DNA of 64,000 nucleotides from positions 3,362,081-3,426,080 of the forward strand of contig MU058718.1 of NCBI GenBank assembly GCA_013265495.1, written 5' to 3'. The stretch is from Vicugna vicugna (Eukaryota). This document shows, one piece after another, positions 14,261 to 28,266 of the stretch. The notes beneath the pieces are model-generated. The model was not told where the DNA came from. It saw only the letters and a program-made list of their open reading frames with translations, and did no database searches. Every line of letters begins with the position of its first letter. The first letter of the stretch is position 1. The position numbers were made by a program, and so were the translations under genes.

Positions 14261-14832
14261 GTGCTGTGTAATCTTAGTTCTTATCATTTTTCTGAATTGC
14301 TCTAGATTTGCTCCTTAGCTGTTTCAGATACTCATCTAACCATTCCCCCAACTAAGCACTAATTTCTCAAAAGAAGAAACCATGACTTCTCCACTTGTAA
14401 ATTTCTCTCTCATAGAATATGGCACTTTCTGGGTACATAGTTGGGACCTGATAAGTGCTTCTTAAATAAGCACAAGCATGTGGGACAGCAGTGCCAGAAG
14501 TTTTGTCTCAGGAGGAAACTTGGGTAAGCCATTTTGCAAAGGTTAATTCAGGCTTTTAGCCAATAATTGTCCTATTTATAATGATCATGAGATACATGTA
14601 CTTTAAAACAACACAAATGTAGATTAATCTCAAATCAATGTTGGAGAAGACTCAAGTGAGTTCTTCATTTCACTAATACCCTTAACTTGAGGAGTCCGTC
14701 TCTCCACAGCTGTCCCAAAGGATCATATAGTTAGAACAAGGAGAGTCTACTTTATGAGAAATACGTGATTAGTGTAGTAAGACTAGGGAAAATGACTCCC
14801 CTTTTCTTGAATTTTCTAACCTATTGTCTATT

Positions 14833-15030
14833 TGCAGATACACCCGACTATATATAAAATAAACAGCAAGGTCCTATTGTATAGCACAGGGACCTGTATT
14901 CAGTGTCTTGTAATGGCCTATAATGAAAAAGAATATGAAAATGAATATATATAAGTATAACTGGGTCACTATGCTGTGTACTGTAAATTAACACATTGTA
15001 AACCGACTATACCCAAAAGGAAAAAAAAAG
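14833..15030 (+). mobile_element. LINE-1 3' UTR fragment
   Basis: aaacagcaaggtcctattgtatagcacaggg...aacacattgtaaaccgactatac followed by an A tail. Confidence 0.8.
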
Positions 15031-15399
15031 TGTAAATGCAGGTATTCTCTCTACTCCTAGTTTGATCAGCGTGCGACCATTATGTTAGCAGTACACACTC
15101 TCTACATGGCATGCAGCAGTTCTTATTCTTCCCCAAGCAAATGAGTTCAGTACTTCCCAAAGCTGAAGCTTTTGCCATGTGTGTGACCCCTCACTGATTT
15201 ATCAACATAACACATTTAAGGGGTAGAAGGGAGAAAAAAGAAAAAAAAAAGAGGGCAAATCTCTTGCTTCTACCTCCCCCACCAAGTGGTTTTGTGCAGG
15301 GGAACCCCAGACAATCCCTGGGGCATGACCATGTCTTTAGTCTTGAATGAGGTAACGGCAAATATCTGAGCCTTTGTCTTTCAAACACGACAAGCTCCT

Positions 15400-15692
15400 T
15401 GTATGTCAGGGTCTTTGCATTTGCTGTGTCCTCTGTCTGGGTGCTTGTCCCCAAATTTCCCCAGAGCTCCCTCCTTCCCATCTTTTGGGTCCTTTCTCAG
15501 GAATTAACCCCCCGCTCAGTCCCACCTCATAACCCTATTCAAGCATCTCCACAACATTTATTGGGGTATGAAGTTACCTTGTTTACTTTACTGGTTGTTT
15601 TCCTCAGCTTGGGCGTAAACTCCTTGAGAGCACAAAGTCCTATGGCATCCTCAGTTGCTTGGCACAGCGTAGGTGCTTGTTAAATATGTGTG
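15400..15692 (+). mobile_element. LINE-2 3' fragment
   Basis: cagggtctttgcatttgctgtgtcctctgtctgg...ggcacagcgtaggtgcttgttaaatatgtg. Confidence 0.7.
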
Positions 15693-15929
15693 GACTTAAC
15701 TGTGGGAAGACAGGTCCTCCTCCCCAAAATCCCACCTTCACTTCCACTCCTGTTTCCAAGCCAGAAAGACTGTATAGAGGGCATCTCTAAGGAAATGGTG
15801 CTCCCTTGTCCTCGGTGGTGATTGTCTCGTGGTGACTGGCGCACCATGGCTCTGCCTGTGGCAGCCTCAGCTCTAATCCTAACCCACACATTTGGTTTAT
15901 TGTTTCAAGGCGTCTATATCATGATTGCC

Positions 15930-16130
15930 AGGGTTCAGATTCGTGCTCTGACTCTTTCTAGCTGGGTGATCTTGGCCTAGGTATTTAATCCCACTGTGCC
16001 TAAATTTCTTTGTCCTTACGAAGGGGATATAGAGTACCTACCCTGCAGAGTTGTGAAGAGTCCCTGAGATAATGAATGTGCCTGGCTGAACCCAGTGCCT
16101 GGCACAAGGTAAGCTCTCAATAAATTGGAA
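15930..16130 (+). mobile_element. MIR
   Basis: ggttcagattc...tagctgggtgatcttggc...cagtgcctggcacaaggtaagctctcaataaat. Confidence 0.75.
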
Positions 16131-17259
16131 CTCTGAGTTTATTAATGATGGAAGGTAATTTATACTTGTGCCGCTAGTCTCTCTTCCATGGTAGTTCTCA
16201 CAAATTGATTATGCCATTCTTCCTTTTTAAAAATGGCCACACAACCTTCATTTAACACCATCCTCTCCTAGACAGTCACTACCCATCAATCACTCAGAGC
16301 TGGTGTGCAGACTGAAACCTATGAGTTCCTCCTGATTCAGGAAGCTTTTAACTGGCTGTCAAGCGGGACTATTAACATTGGGCTTGGTGTCCAAAAGTAA
16401 ATTGGTAGTTAATTTTGCCTCTGGAAAAGTGGCAAGTTCAGCAGGATACATCCATGGACACACTCACTAGCACGGGAGGAGAGAGAGTAATGGGAGAGCC
16501 TGCTCTTGATAGGTTAGGGTGGAGGGGAGGGCCCCGACTCCTCCTATTAGGCTTGGCTCCCAGGAGGTTATAGAAATCAGGGCAATTGGGAGACAGGGTG
16601 TGAGCAGTCCTCAGATTTACGCTCTGGCATATTCCTTTGGATGAAACAGCTCTAATGGAAACTGGGTGCTCACCAGGCAAAAATCATCCCCCCTGATTGG
16701 CTCCCTTTGAATGCTTATTAAATATTCCAAACATCTCCTAACAATTTTTGGATTCCAATCAATATCAACAGAGGACTATGATTTTTAATAACTCATTTTT
16801 AAACGATAGAGAATCTAGCAGATTATTACTATGTGAGTGCACACGTGTGTGTGTGTGTGTGTACCATTTTAGAAGTGACAGTGAGGTTATTGAGGAGTTT
16901 TTCTAAGTGCTGAGGAGGCTGTTGGCTTGGATGGATAGCAATGACACTTTCAGAACAAACATATGAAGCTAGAAAGATGAAATACAGAAATAAAAATAGA
17001 AAATGACGCTTGTGTTTAATTTACATCCGTAAATCTAGCCCCACCAAAAATAGCAAACGAGGAGATACCAGCTTACTAGAATCTCCAGGACCCCTTTCCT
17101 TCTCATTTTTTGTCATTCTCTAAAGGACCTAGTGCCCCAACTTTCTCCATTAGTTTCATCATCAAGATATTCCTAGAGGAAATTAGTTGGAGAAAAACTA
17201 GTTTATACCAGAATAGAAATACCTAGTGGCCTAATATTTCCTCTTTATGGATTAAAGAA

Positions 17260-17643
17260 TTATGGGTTGAAGTGTGTTCCCCTCAGAATTTATATGTTGA
17301 AGTCCTAACCCCAGGTGACTCAGAATATGGCTGTATTTGGAGATAGAGTCTCTAAAGAAGTAGTTAAAGTTATATGACATCATTGGGGTGGGCCTTAACC
17401 AGTATGACTGGTGTCCTTATAAGAAGAGGAGATTAGGACACAGACAAGTTGAGGGAAGACCATGTGAAGACAAAGGGAGAAGATAGCTATCTACAAGCCA
17501 AGGAGAGACATCTTAGAAGAAACCAACCCTGTTGACATTTTGATCTTTGACTTCCAGCCTCCAGAACTGGGAGGCAATAAATGTCTTGTTTAAGCCCCCT
17601 GGTGTGTGGTATTTTGTTATGGCAGCCCCAGCAGACTAATACA
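17260..17643 (+). mobile_element. MaLR solo LTR (MLT1A/MLT1B-like)
   Basis: tatgggttgaa...tatgttgaagtcctaacccc...ccttataagaagagg...gacttccagcctccagaact...ttatggcagcccc...actaataca. Confidence 0.88.
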
Positions 17644-17659
17644 AGTGGTGTAGGAGTTG

Positions 17660-17870
17660 GTCAAACTTGTGCTACAATCTCGACTTTTCCACTTAGGAGC
17701 TGTGAAACCTCAGGCAGTTAACTATCTGAGCTTCAGTTTTCTCAGCCGTAGATGGAGATGGTAATGCCTATCTCATGAAATGATTGTGAGGATTAAATGA
17801 GACAATATACATTATTGGTTGGCACAGTGTCTGCTTGGTACCTGGCACTTACACTTCATCAAGTATTATC
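17660..17870 (+). mobile_element. MIR
   Basis: gctgtgaaacctcaggcagttaac...cagttttctc...ttgtgaggattaaatgaga. Confidence 0.72.
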
Positions 17871-20800
17871 AGTACTACTATTACAGTAGAATTTTAACTG
17901 ATTATGGATGAATGAAATCAGTACCATGACTTGTCTTCACATCATAGGTACTCAAAACATATCTGTTACTGGATCACACAACATTGGCGACTTCTCACTC
18001 CTAAGGGGCCATTAATTCCCATACAGTTGGCATCAGAAGCTACAGGTGTAGTCTTGGTCTCCAAAATGTAGACAAGAATTATGGGGAGATATAAGAAAAA
18101 TCTATCCTGCAATAAAAGAGGTGAGAAGAGTCTGCACCAACAAATGAAATAAAATTTAAAGAACCATGAGTGATTATGCTAAATCCACTAATTTATTAAA
18201 CCATTTATACGAATAAGGAAGTAGCTTGTTTCTAATTAATTTTCTGAGAAAGCCTCCTAAGTGTAGGTTCTCAGGTAAATGTCTTGACTGGGAGGACAGT
18301 TATCTAATAACTATGGTTTCAATCAGGCACATTAAATTTCAGATAAACATTCTGAATTTTAATGTTAGGTTCTTTTTAGTATAAATGGTTTCTCTAGCAA
18401 TCAGAACTCCCTAATGGGAAGGGAAGACATCACTAAAACGTATACCATTTCTCCTATCCCACAGTTTTATACAAAAAAAGGCTATGAAACAGATCACTCA
18501 AAACTATTTCCCACAAGGTAATCTACATGGTCAGTATAAATATGTCCGGTTGCTTTGCATCCCCCCAGGAAGCAGGAACAGAGCCACTTTGGATCTCTGG
18601 GTTCTAGGATTTTAGAGGTGAGCACATTAGCATCCACTGCATATTTTGAGGCTTTCCCCTTGCTTTTATCGAATGGAAGTAAAGCTGAGGTTGAAAAAGC
18701 CAGGTACACAACGTCAAATCATAAAACCCAATGCTGCCTTCCTTCTGAGTCCCAGTGTGCACAGTCTACCCCTGGCCATTCCTTCTCAGCAGCAGAGAGC
18801 ATCCCCTCTTTGTCCGTCTGTCCCAACTCTGGAACGAGATACCTCCATTCATTACTCTCGAGTCCATAATGTCACCCATCCTGCAGCTCTACCTTCTGTT
18901 CTGTCCTCCCCGTTCCTCTTGCTAGGCCCTCTCATCTACTCTCTGGTACCCAAAGCCCACTACACCTCCCCTTCTCAATTAGCTGTCTATCTCTTATCTA
19001 TTTCCCTGTGCAATATGGCTGATCGCATTGTGCAACAGACTCAAGAAATCCCGAATGGAGAGGCTGAGAAGAAGGGAGGACCAGGTCCCTTTCTCATCTC
19101 AGGTCTCTGGACATGGCTGTTAAGAGTATATCACTGGCCTGATAATTCAGCACCTCCTCAAATCCAGAATTAACCCAAAATGAATATAAGTTAAAATCTT
19201 TGGAGAAGTAGTGTGACAAAAGAAAAACAGGAAGATTTGACATTCTAGACTTCTTTTATTTCCTCTTTGAGAAGTAACCGCCTTTGTAATAGAAGTGAAA
19301 TTCTCTGTTGTAAGTGGTTGTTTACATAAGCCTTGCAGAAAACCATTTCTCATTATCTCTGTCAGTACAGAAATGATCGTGGTGACACGTTCCCTCAGCT
19401 CCTGTTAGCCTGACACCTCCCCATGATGTACCAGAAGAGAGAAGAAAGACTGACTTGTGGTTATTATAAATGCTAGAACTGAAACTTTATTGCACATGTG
19501 TTTTTGCTCACTGAATTGCTGAACCTAGTAAAGATATATTTGTTTTCTGCCTTTCTTACATAATGAGTCAATAGGTTTATTCAGCTTAGCCGCTCTCCAT
19601 TTAAATCTCTTACTGAAACATGACAGTGAAAGGCAGGACCACACTTGATTTCCTTTTTTATTATATCCTTCAGTCTCCAAGAAGCTTCTCTGATGGTTCA
19701 GGTGACCTCATTCCCTAGGCTGACTTAGCTATTCATGGGTAAGCTTGGTTTGCAAGTGCACACCAACAGTCTTTGATTCAGTGATGCCCCACACCACTGG
19801 TTTTGTGTCTGACTTGACTATACTGTCTCTCCTTGCATCATATTGTAACTTGTCAGTCAATTCTATCAATCAGTCAGTGTGTTTTTATTTTTTGAATTCT
19901 TTTAGGCTATACTAATGAAAGAAGACAAAAGCTGATAATGATCTAATCCTCTGAATTTTTTTTAGTGGTTCATGGAGGAATTTGGATTGATAGAATTGGA
20001 TGTGACAGCTTCCACGAATGTCCTGAGATAACCTTTTGCAGGACCTGATAAAATCTTCATATGTGCTCACAAACAGATCTATTACATCATACATGCAAAA
20101 GAATGCACCAGACAATACAGTTATGGCCAGCTCGATTACAGAATTCCCTTAGAATAATAACTAAAAGAATAAAATGAAATTAAAAGCAGCAAGTATAATG
20201 TAATGTTCCCCATAAGCATTTAGTAGATACTCATTAACAGACTATGAGACAAAGAAGATACCAAAATGTGACTCGAGTCTGCACCTTCACAGACATGCAG
20301 TCACTAACAAACCACAGGTACTTACGATGCCAGGCTTAATCAGCTCCTGCAGCAGGTGATGGAGACTTGAATTGGAGATAGTGTCATTTAAAAGGGAATT
20401 TTTTTTTTGTCTTTAGCAGTGATAACATCAATGGAACAGATTCCTTTTTCTTTCTTTTTTTTTCCTTTTCTTTTTTTTTTTGGTGAAAATCTCCAAACTA
20501 AGCAAATACTCATGTACTCATGTATTGTTTGCTGGGAAACTGCTTTGTGAGCATTAACTAGAATGCAGATATTTCCAAATGAGATGCTCAGTATTCAGTT
20601 TAATAATATATTGGATCCATCTCTGCCCTTAGTAGCAAGAGAAGAAATTTTTCACCTGTTTACTCTAGAGGGAATGGGCATTTCCCTGTCAATCCCTGGG
20701 GACAGGAAAGGACAGCCCACTGCCAGTCACTTATTAATAGGAATAGAAGTGGGTCTTGCAATGAGCATGGGAACTTTTCATTTCGCTAGCGTCAGAGGTT

Positions 20801-20908
20801 AGACTGGCCATCTAAGGTATGGTGGTGGGAGACTTTAATTTTTGAGGTTGAGCCAACTTCTGCTACTCAGAGGCATATCTGGCTATGGGCCTGAGAGTAG
20901 CCACTTTT

Positions 20909-22132
20909 TTTTTAACATTTTTTATTGATTTATAATCATTTTACAATGTTGTGTCAAATTCCAGTGTTCAGCACAATTTTTCAGTCATTCATGGACATAT
21001 ACACACTCATTGTCACATTTTTTTCTCTGTGATTTATCATAACATTTTGTGTATATTTCCCTGTGCTATACAGTGTAATCTTGTTTATCTATTCTACAAT
21101 TTTGAAATCCCAGTCTATCCCTTCCCACCCTCTACCCCCCTGGTAACCACAAGTCTGTATTCTCTGTCCATGAGTCTTTAGATTCCACATATGAGCGATC
21201 TCATATGGTATTTTTCTTTCTCTTTCTGGCTTACTTCACTTAGAATGACATTCTCTAGGAGCATCCATGTTGCTGCAAATGGCGTTATGTTGTCGGTTTT
21301 TATGGCTGAGTAGTATTCCATTGTATAAATATACCACCCCTTCTTTATCCAGTCACCTGTTGATGGACATTTAGGCTGTTTCCATGTTTTGGCTATTGTA
21401 AATAGTGCTGCTATGAACATTGGAGTGCAGGTGTCATCCTGAAGTAGATTTCCTTCTGGATACAAGCCCAGGAGTGGGATTCCTGGGTCATATGGTAAGT
21501 CTATTCCTAGTCTTTTGAGGAATCTCCACACTGTTTTCCATAGTGGCTGCACCAAACTGCATTCCCACCAGCAGTGTAGGAGGGTTCCCCTTTCTCCACA
21601 GCCTCTCCAGCATTTGTCATTTTTGGATTTTTGAATGACGGCCATTCTGACTGGTGTGAGGTGATACCTCATTGTAGTTTTGATTTGCATTTCTCTGATA
21701 ATTAGTGATATTGAGCATTTTTTCATGTGCTTTTTGATCATTTGTATGTCTTCCTTGGAGAATTGCTTGTTTAGGTCTTCTGCCCATTTTTGGATTGGGT
21801 TGTTTATTTTTTTCTTATTGAGTCGTATGAGCTGCTTATATATTTTGGAGATCAAGCCTTTGTCGGTTTCACTTGCAAAAATTTTCTCCCATTCCGTAGG
21901 TTTTCTTCTTGTTTTATTTCTGGTTTCCTTTGCTCTGCAGAAGCTTGTAAGTTTCATTAGGTCCCATTTGTTTATTCTTGCTTTTATTTCTTCTAGGAGA
22001 AAATTTTTGAAATGTATGTCAGATAATGTTTTGCCTATGTTTTCCTCTAGGAGGTTTATTGTATCTTGTCTTATGTTTAAGTCTTTAATCCATTTTGAGT
22101 TGATTTTTGTATATGGTGTAAGGGTATGTTCT
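20909..22132 (-). mobile_element. Young 5'-truncated LINE-1 (ORF2 C-terminus + 3' UTR + poly(A)) with 15-bp TSD
   Basis: Uninterrupted ORF2 frame ([16 protein letters not shown]...[18 protein letters not shown]...[11 protein letters not shown] 21178-22155); poly(T) on + strand; identical TSD AGAGTAGCCACTTTT at 20894-20908 and 22133-22147. Confidence 0.96.
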
Positions 22133-22863
22133 AGAGTAGCCACTTTTGTGGGCATATCTAAGCTATTCTAAAAGGTTGATCGACCTACACAGGAAAGCCT
22201 CACTATTTCTTCTTCTTTGTCACTTGAAAATCTTATCCTGAATCTAAAAACAGAATGAACTTACTCCTATAACTTATTTACCCTTGTATCCCTCACATCT
22301 AGTATGGTTTTTGGCCCATATTTTATTGTATTGAATTTTCATAAAATTCAATGGAATTATCAGGATAGGAGTTTTATCTATATTAAATAAAAGGAGCTAG
22401 CCCTTTAAGTGACTTATTTCTAACTTGAGCAGCTTTAATGGACAAAGCCTAGATCAACTAGCCTGCTCTCATTTTTGTAAAACTAAATTAAGTTGGTCAT
22501 GTCATCAAAAACAGGGGAACCCACTGGCATTCCCAGGCAGGCACAGAGCCGAGAATCACAGATTCACCCCACTGTCAATCTGTGCCTCATCTCCATTTCT
22601 CTCAGCATAGGCTTTGGCTCAGCCAGCAAAAAGCATCACAGCCAACACTGGTTTCTTTGTCCCAATCCACATAAAGACACATTTCCGTGGTGCCCTTGGA
22701 CCTACAGATATTAGATCATATATTTTAAAAAATCAGATGTATAGTCATAAAAATAGAAAATAAGTTAATTAATAAAGTTTCAGTTAGTGCATATCAATCT
22801 GAGGATGAAAAGAAAGTCATGTTTTTTAGAAACCTGGTTCATGAAAGGTACTGTGTTAGAGAT

Positions 22864-23450
22864 GTTTTTTTTTATTGAAGTATAGTCTATTTAAAATATG
22901 TGTAAATTTCTGGTGTACAGCATAGGATTCATTTATACATATGTATATTCCTTTTCATATTTTTTTGTTATAGGCCATTATAAGGTATTGAATATAGTTC
23001 CCTGTGCTATACAGTAAGACCTTGTTGTTTACCTATTTTGTATAGAGTAGTTAGTAATTCTGCAAATCTCAATTCCCAGTTTATCCCTACCTACCGTCTT
23101 TCCCCCTAGTAACCATAAGTTTGTCTTCTATGTCTGCGTCTGTTTCTGTTTTGTAAATAAGTTCATTTGTGTCCTTTTTTAATTCCACATATAAGTGATA
23201 TTATATGATATTTTTCTCTCTTTCTGGCTTACTTCACTTGGTTTGATTATTTTATTCTTTATGACTGAATAGTATTCCCATGTATACATATACCACAACT
23301 TCTTTATCCAGTCATCTATCAATGGACATTTAGGTTGTTTAAATGTCTTGGCTATTGTAAATAGTGCAGCCATGAACAATGGGGTGCATGTGTCTTTTCA
23401 AATTAGTTTTTTCCAGACATGCCCTGCAGTGGGATTGCTGGACCATAGGC
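22864..23450 (-). mobile_element. LINE-1 3' end (ORF2 tail + 3' UTR), older artiodactyl type
   Basis: ORF 23179-23379 [29 protein letters not shown]; poly(T) plus TTTATT start. Confidence 0.88.
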
Positions 23451-26054
23451 ATATTTTCTTATTTAATTTCTCAGTACAACTTTTTTGAGTTAGGTATTAT
23501 GTTTTCCACTATATTAATGAGAAAAACTGAGGTTCAAAGGGATCATTAATTCACTGAACAAATATTTACAAAGCACTCATTATACTCAGGCACTGTTCTA
23601 CACTCTTGGGATACACAGCAATGAGAAAGACAATGTCTTCATGAAACTGATACCCATGTTCTTGTGCCTAGTAAGTGGGTTCACATCCAGCTCTGTCTGA
23701 TCCCAATAGTCATGCTTCTTTCACTGCACACAGCATCTGGAATGGAAGAACTCAAAGAGAAGATTGCAATATTTGAGTAACCTGAATAAATGCTATGAGA
23801 CCCTACCTTAGCTCTACAATAAAAGACATAGAGTACCTAAAAGGAAAAGTACTTCAATTCTTGGTTCTAAGTTGTTTATTCTTTAAATAATTAACATACA
23901 TATTTTTTCACTAAAAATATATTGTTAAATTCCCTTCTTCCTTTCTAGGCTCTGGAGAGTATCAGATTTTTGTCAGTTAGCAAGCAATTATTCTGAGTCT
24001 TTAGGGGATGCTAAGACTCGTGGACATGTTTCTGCCCTTTTGGAAAAAATCTAGCTCCTTCTTCCATCCATATGTTCTTGTGTCCTATGCACTAAAATAA
24101 TAATACTGGGTTGATTTTCTTTACTATAAATTTTATCTGCAAAAGCTCCAAACTCCAACTTCTCTGCTTACTGTGTTCCCTACTAAATATTCTTCCCCAC
24201 CCCCTTTCTTCTGAATCCAACCTATGAAGACTTCATAACCTCACCCATATGTGCTCCCTCCCTCCTTTGACCCCCTCAAGACACAGTGGAACCATTTTCT
24301 GGCACTTATGGTCTTATACTGTGATCATGAGTGATTTCATATTATTCTCTAATAAACATTCACTCTTAGAGGGCAAGGACATCTTCCTTTGGTCTCTCAT
24401 AATCACCAAGACAGCAATAAATATTTTTAATTGGTTGCGTTATTTTTTAAAATTAAACCCATAATTATCTCTACTCAGATTTTTTTAAACTGTCATTTTA
24501 GAGAACCAGCTATTTTCAAAACCACAAACATGCCACTCAAATAAAAGCCCATGTTAGTTACTGAATCTGTAAAAATGTACAAGAGGATTTTCATTCAACC
24601 CATAAATAATTATTTGTCATCTACACTGCAAAAATAATTATTCCAGCATAATTGGAGGTTGCAGTAAAGAACCAAATGTACATCTAAATTTGTGAAGTGT
24701 TATAAAATAATTTAATAGCCAATCAATTAAGAGGTGATTATAAGCAATTCAAAGAGATCTGAATCACGGATTTGGGGCAAGAAGAATGATCTTGCTCATT
24801 CAGTCTCTCATCAGAAGTAGATTAGTAAAACCAGAAAATCTGGGGCTCAAAAACCAGCAATAAATGAAACTATCTCAAAATCTACATAAAGGCTTTCTAA
24901 TATAGTATCCATTGGTGGCAACAAGGAAGAGAAATATGGGGCAATAAATATTAGCCACTTCATAAAAATTGGCATCACATTTTACTATGTAACTACCCTA
25001 TAAATGTCACTGAAGCTGCGAAAACATTGCATAGTAGAGTGCTACTATTAGAAATTATGACAACAAAATGTTCTCTTACAAGTTGGTTGGGCTATTTCTA
25101 TGTATGACCTGAGTTCTAGACCAATGCCTTCTTCATGGCCCTGGGCACAGTACTTAATTTTTAAGAACCTTTGTTTCTATAAAGATGGTCACTTACTCAC
25201 CAGGGTTATGAGAGCCAAATGACATCTAATACATGAAACTGTTAGTGATAAATTAGGTACCATCCCAAAGGTATTATTATGTTTTTTCTTTGCTTAAATA
25301 TTAAATCAATATGCTTATTACATTAAACTTGTATTTTATTTTAAGGCATAGATATCTTCTGCTTGAAATTTGAGTAAAAATTCATATCAAAGAACAGGAA
25401 TTAATAATAAAATCTCTAGAAGTAGTGTGGCCATATTTTAGCAATTTTCCTCCCCCAAATGAGTGTAAGCTCTATTTTATACCATTTAGATGCCATCATG
25501 TAACAAGTAGTTCTGACTTTCCGCTTATTCCAAGAACTTGTACAGGATGCTCTAAGTATTGTGTCCCCCAGAGCCTATTCTCATTCTCATTCACCCTGGG
25601 GAGAAAATGATCTGAAACGTTTTTTCCTAGAAAAGGTCATATGTAATTCTGAAATCTTTTTAATCTATAATCTCATGTATCTTTATTTGACTCAGGAAAA
25701 TTATTTTTTCAGTTGTGACTTTTCCTCCATCTGTGCCTTTTCTTCTTTCTAGGATTCCTATTATTCACAAGTTGAGTCTCCTGGATTTATCCTCCAACTA
25801 TTTTACCTTAATATATGATTCATTAAACTTCCATCTTCCCAGAGTCTCCTGTCTACCCTTTCCAAAGTATTAGTCCTATATTACTCAGAAATATAGAAAT
25901 ATAAAACTTAGTTAGAAATACTACAGAATTTGAATAAGGTCATCTTCCAGTAGTACTAAATTTAGGGCAAAACACTTAATTTACTTTAATTATTGCATAA
26001 TTAAAAAGACAAAAGAATATTCACAATAAATAAATATGGAAGTTATTAAAGGAT

Positions 26055-26112
26055 GGTACAAACATTACAAGTTTAAATATTAAGGGGTTAAATTACCCCA
26101 TTGAAAAAAGTT
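26055..26112 (+). mobile_element. LINE-1 ORF2 endonuclease-start relic
   Basis: Translates ITSLNIKGLNYPIEK, resembling the ORF2 N-terminal motif ITLNVNGLNSPIKR. Confidence 0.45.
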
Positions 26113-27359
26113 TCCTCAAAATTTCTTTTGAAATAGAACATCACCTCCATTACTTTCAAATAATGCAACTTCTACAAGCCACATTCAGCAATATCCTTAA
26201 TTACAAAGTAAACACAGAATATTTTTTATCTATGTGTCATAGAATCTTACCAAAGCCTATAATCAGCTCCTTTCACTGATTTTTTCCCCTTGTCACTAAG
26301 GATTTGTGGCTGTAGAAGAGAATGTGGGGAGAAGGAGAGAATTATTTCTTCTCTGAGTGTTCATTCTTTAGAATCAGAGACTGTTGTGTTAATAATTGAG
26401 CACTGTAGTCAAAAGTAAATAGGAAGACACCTACATTTTTCATTGGAAAACATTTGTCTTAAAAAAAACATGGAAAAGCTGCTAGTACCTTTTAAATTTG
26501 CTCAACTTCTTGCCAAAGAACACCATTTGGGTGAATAGTAAGTTTCAGGGGATAATCAGGCACTTTACACACATGAGAACATCTGTAGTCACCCCAGGGC
26601 TACTAATCCTCCTGCTTCAGGGCATGGGCTGATCACCAGCTGGAAGAGAGATGATATTCCCTATGATATTTCTGTAATGTCAACTACATTCAGATTTTTA
26701 TTTCCGTTCAAACACAACCTATTGGAGGGCTTTAAAGAACATTATGGCCAACTACTGCAACATGAGGGGGAAATATCAAAATATTTTAGAGAAATAAATT
26801 CAAGAAAATGATAAAGTCTCAGGGAAGGTAAACAGAATAAGCATAGAAGTTAACAAAAATCATTTTGGTATTTATCACATACAGAACCTGACAGTGGAGC
26901 TCAGCATTTGTTGAATGCATGAATGAATGAATGAACAAAGAAAGAAATCCCAGCCTCACTAATATTTGACCTTCAGTACTTCACTTATCCTCAATTTACT
27001 CATCTTTAAAATGGGGATAATTGTACCCATCTCCTTTCGTTATTATAGATATTGAACTAGATAATGTATATAAATAAATAAACTCATTGCCTGGAATAGT
27101 ATGAACACTAAATAAATAATAGTCATTTAAATCTCCTGTGATTGATTTAGCTGATTCCTGACCAAATAGATCTAACACTTAAATCATCTCGATGTATTTC
27201 ATGACAGATCAAATTTTTGTATATTGACTATATTCTAAATCTTCATTCTATTGATTTTCTGTGAAACCAACAGGGTATTACACCACAGACATTCCCTAAG
27301 ACTGTATTTTACTTGAACTAAGCATAAGCTTCCTGCTAATAAACAGACCTCTTAGATGG

Positions 27360-27691
27360 TGTCTTAGTCTGTTCGGGCTTCTGAAACAAAACACCACAGA
27401 CTGGGTAGTTTATAAACAACAGAAAATAATCTCTCAGAGTTCTGGAGTCTAGGAAGTACAAAATCAAATTGCCGGTAAATCTGGTATCTGGTGAGGGTCT
27501 GCTTCCTCACAATGGTGGTTTTCACATGGTAACCTCACATGATGGAAGGGGGCAAGAGATCTTTCTTGGGCCACTTTTATAAGGGCATTAATCCCATTCA
27601 TGAAGGCTCTGCCAAGGGCCACACCATCACCTTGGGGGTTAGGATTTCAAGATACGAACTTTGGAGAAACATAAACATTCAATCCATAGCA
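27360..27691 (-). mobile_element. MaLR solo LTR (MLT1A/MST-like) with 5-bp TSD
   Basis: TG...CA termini, GATGG duplicated at 27355-27359 and 27692-27696; typical tgtcttagtctgttcggg...acattcaatccatagca. Confidence 0.88.
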
Positions 27692-28183
27692 GATGGTATA
27701 CTGTGATAAAGTTCAAACTCATAAAAAGAGTAACAGCTGCTCACCTTGAAACATCCAAAGCACTGACCCAAAGGCTACTACAATTGGCCAAATACATATA
27801 AAAGTCATTTAAAGGCTTGTAAATTATGGATGCTACTGACACTCCTTTCTAACAATTTATTAATAATTACTTTTTTTATTAGCAAGTTCTCTTGGGATCT
27901 ATAAATTACAGATATCCTGCAGATACAGGTAATGTTCCAAACTCACATGAAGAAGTTCAGTGTCTGTAAACAGAATACATACGCCTTTGGATGCTCTGGA
28001 CTCAACTAGTTAAAAGCTATGTTAAAAATAAATCACAGAGCATTTGTGATAAGCATAACCTGAAATAACAGTGAGAACTGTTTTTCCCCCAGTGATCACG
28101 TGCTGTTCTCATTGCAATTGAAGGTGTTGGAAAGATAACCTAGTTTACAGGACTATTTCTCCAAGGGCAGGGTTATAAGCAGT

Positions 28184-28266
28184 CTTTTTCTTTCTTTCTT
28201 TTTTCTTTCTTTCTTTTTTTCCCCCTTTCTTTCTTTCTTTTTTTTTTTTTTCTTCTTTCTTTTTTC
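28184..28266. repeat. Polypyrimidine (TTTC/T)n low-complexity tract
   Basis: About 80 nt containing only C and T on the + strand. Confidence 0.85.

Noticed and set aside
19146..19160. RE1 half-site TTCAGCACC (also GGTGCTGA near 48723 and 53915)
   Set aside because: No matching second half-site at the proper spacing.
18646..19173. 175-aa ORF
   Set aside because: TTG start, no recognisable domain or splice context; consistent with a chance ORF.
21680..22171. 163-aa hydrophobic ORF resembling a membrane protein
   Set aside because: Antisense frame of L1 ORF2, a well-known artefact; the same applies to 41497-41790.
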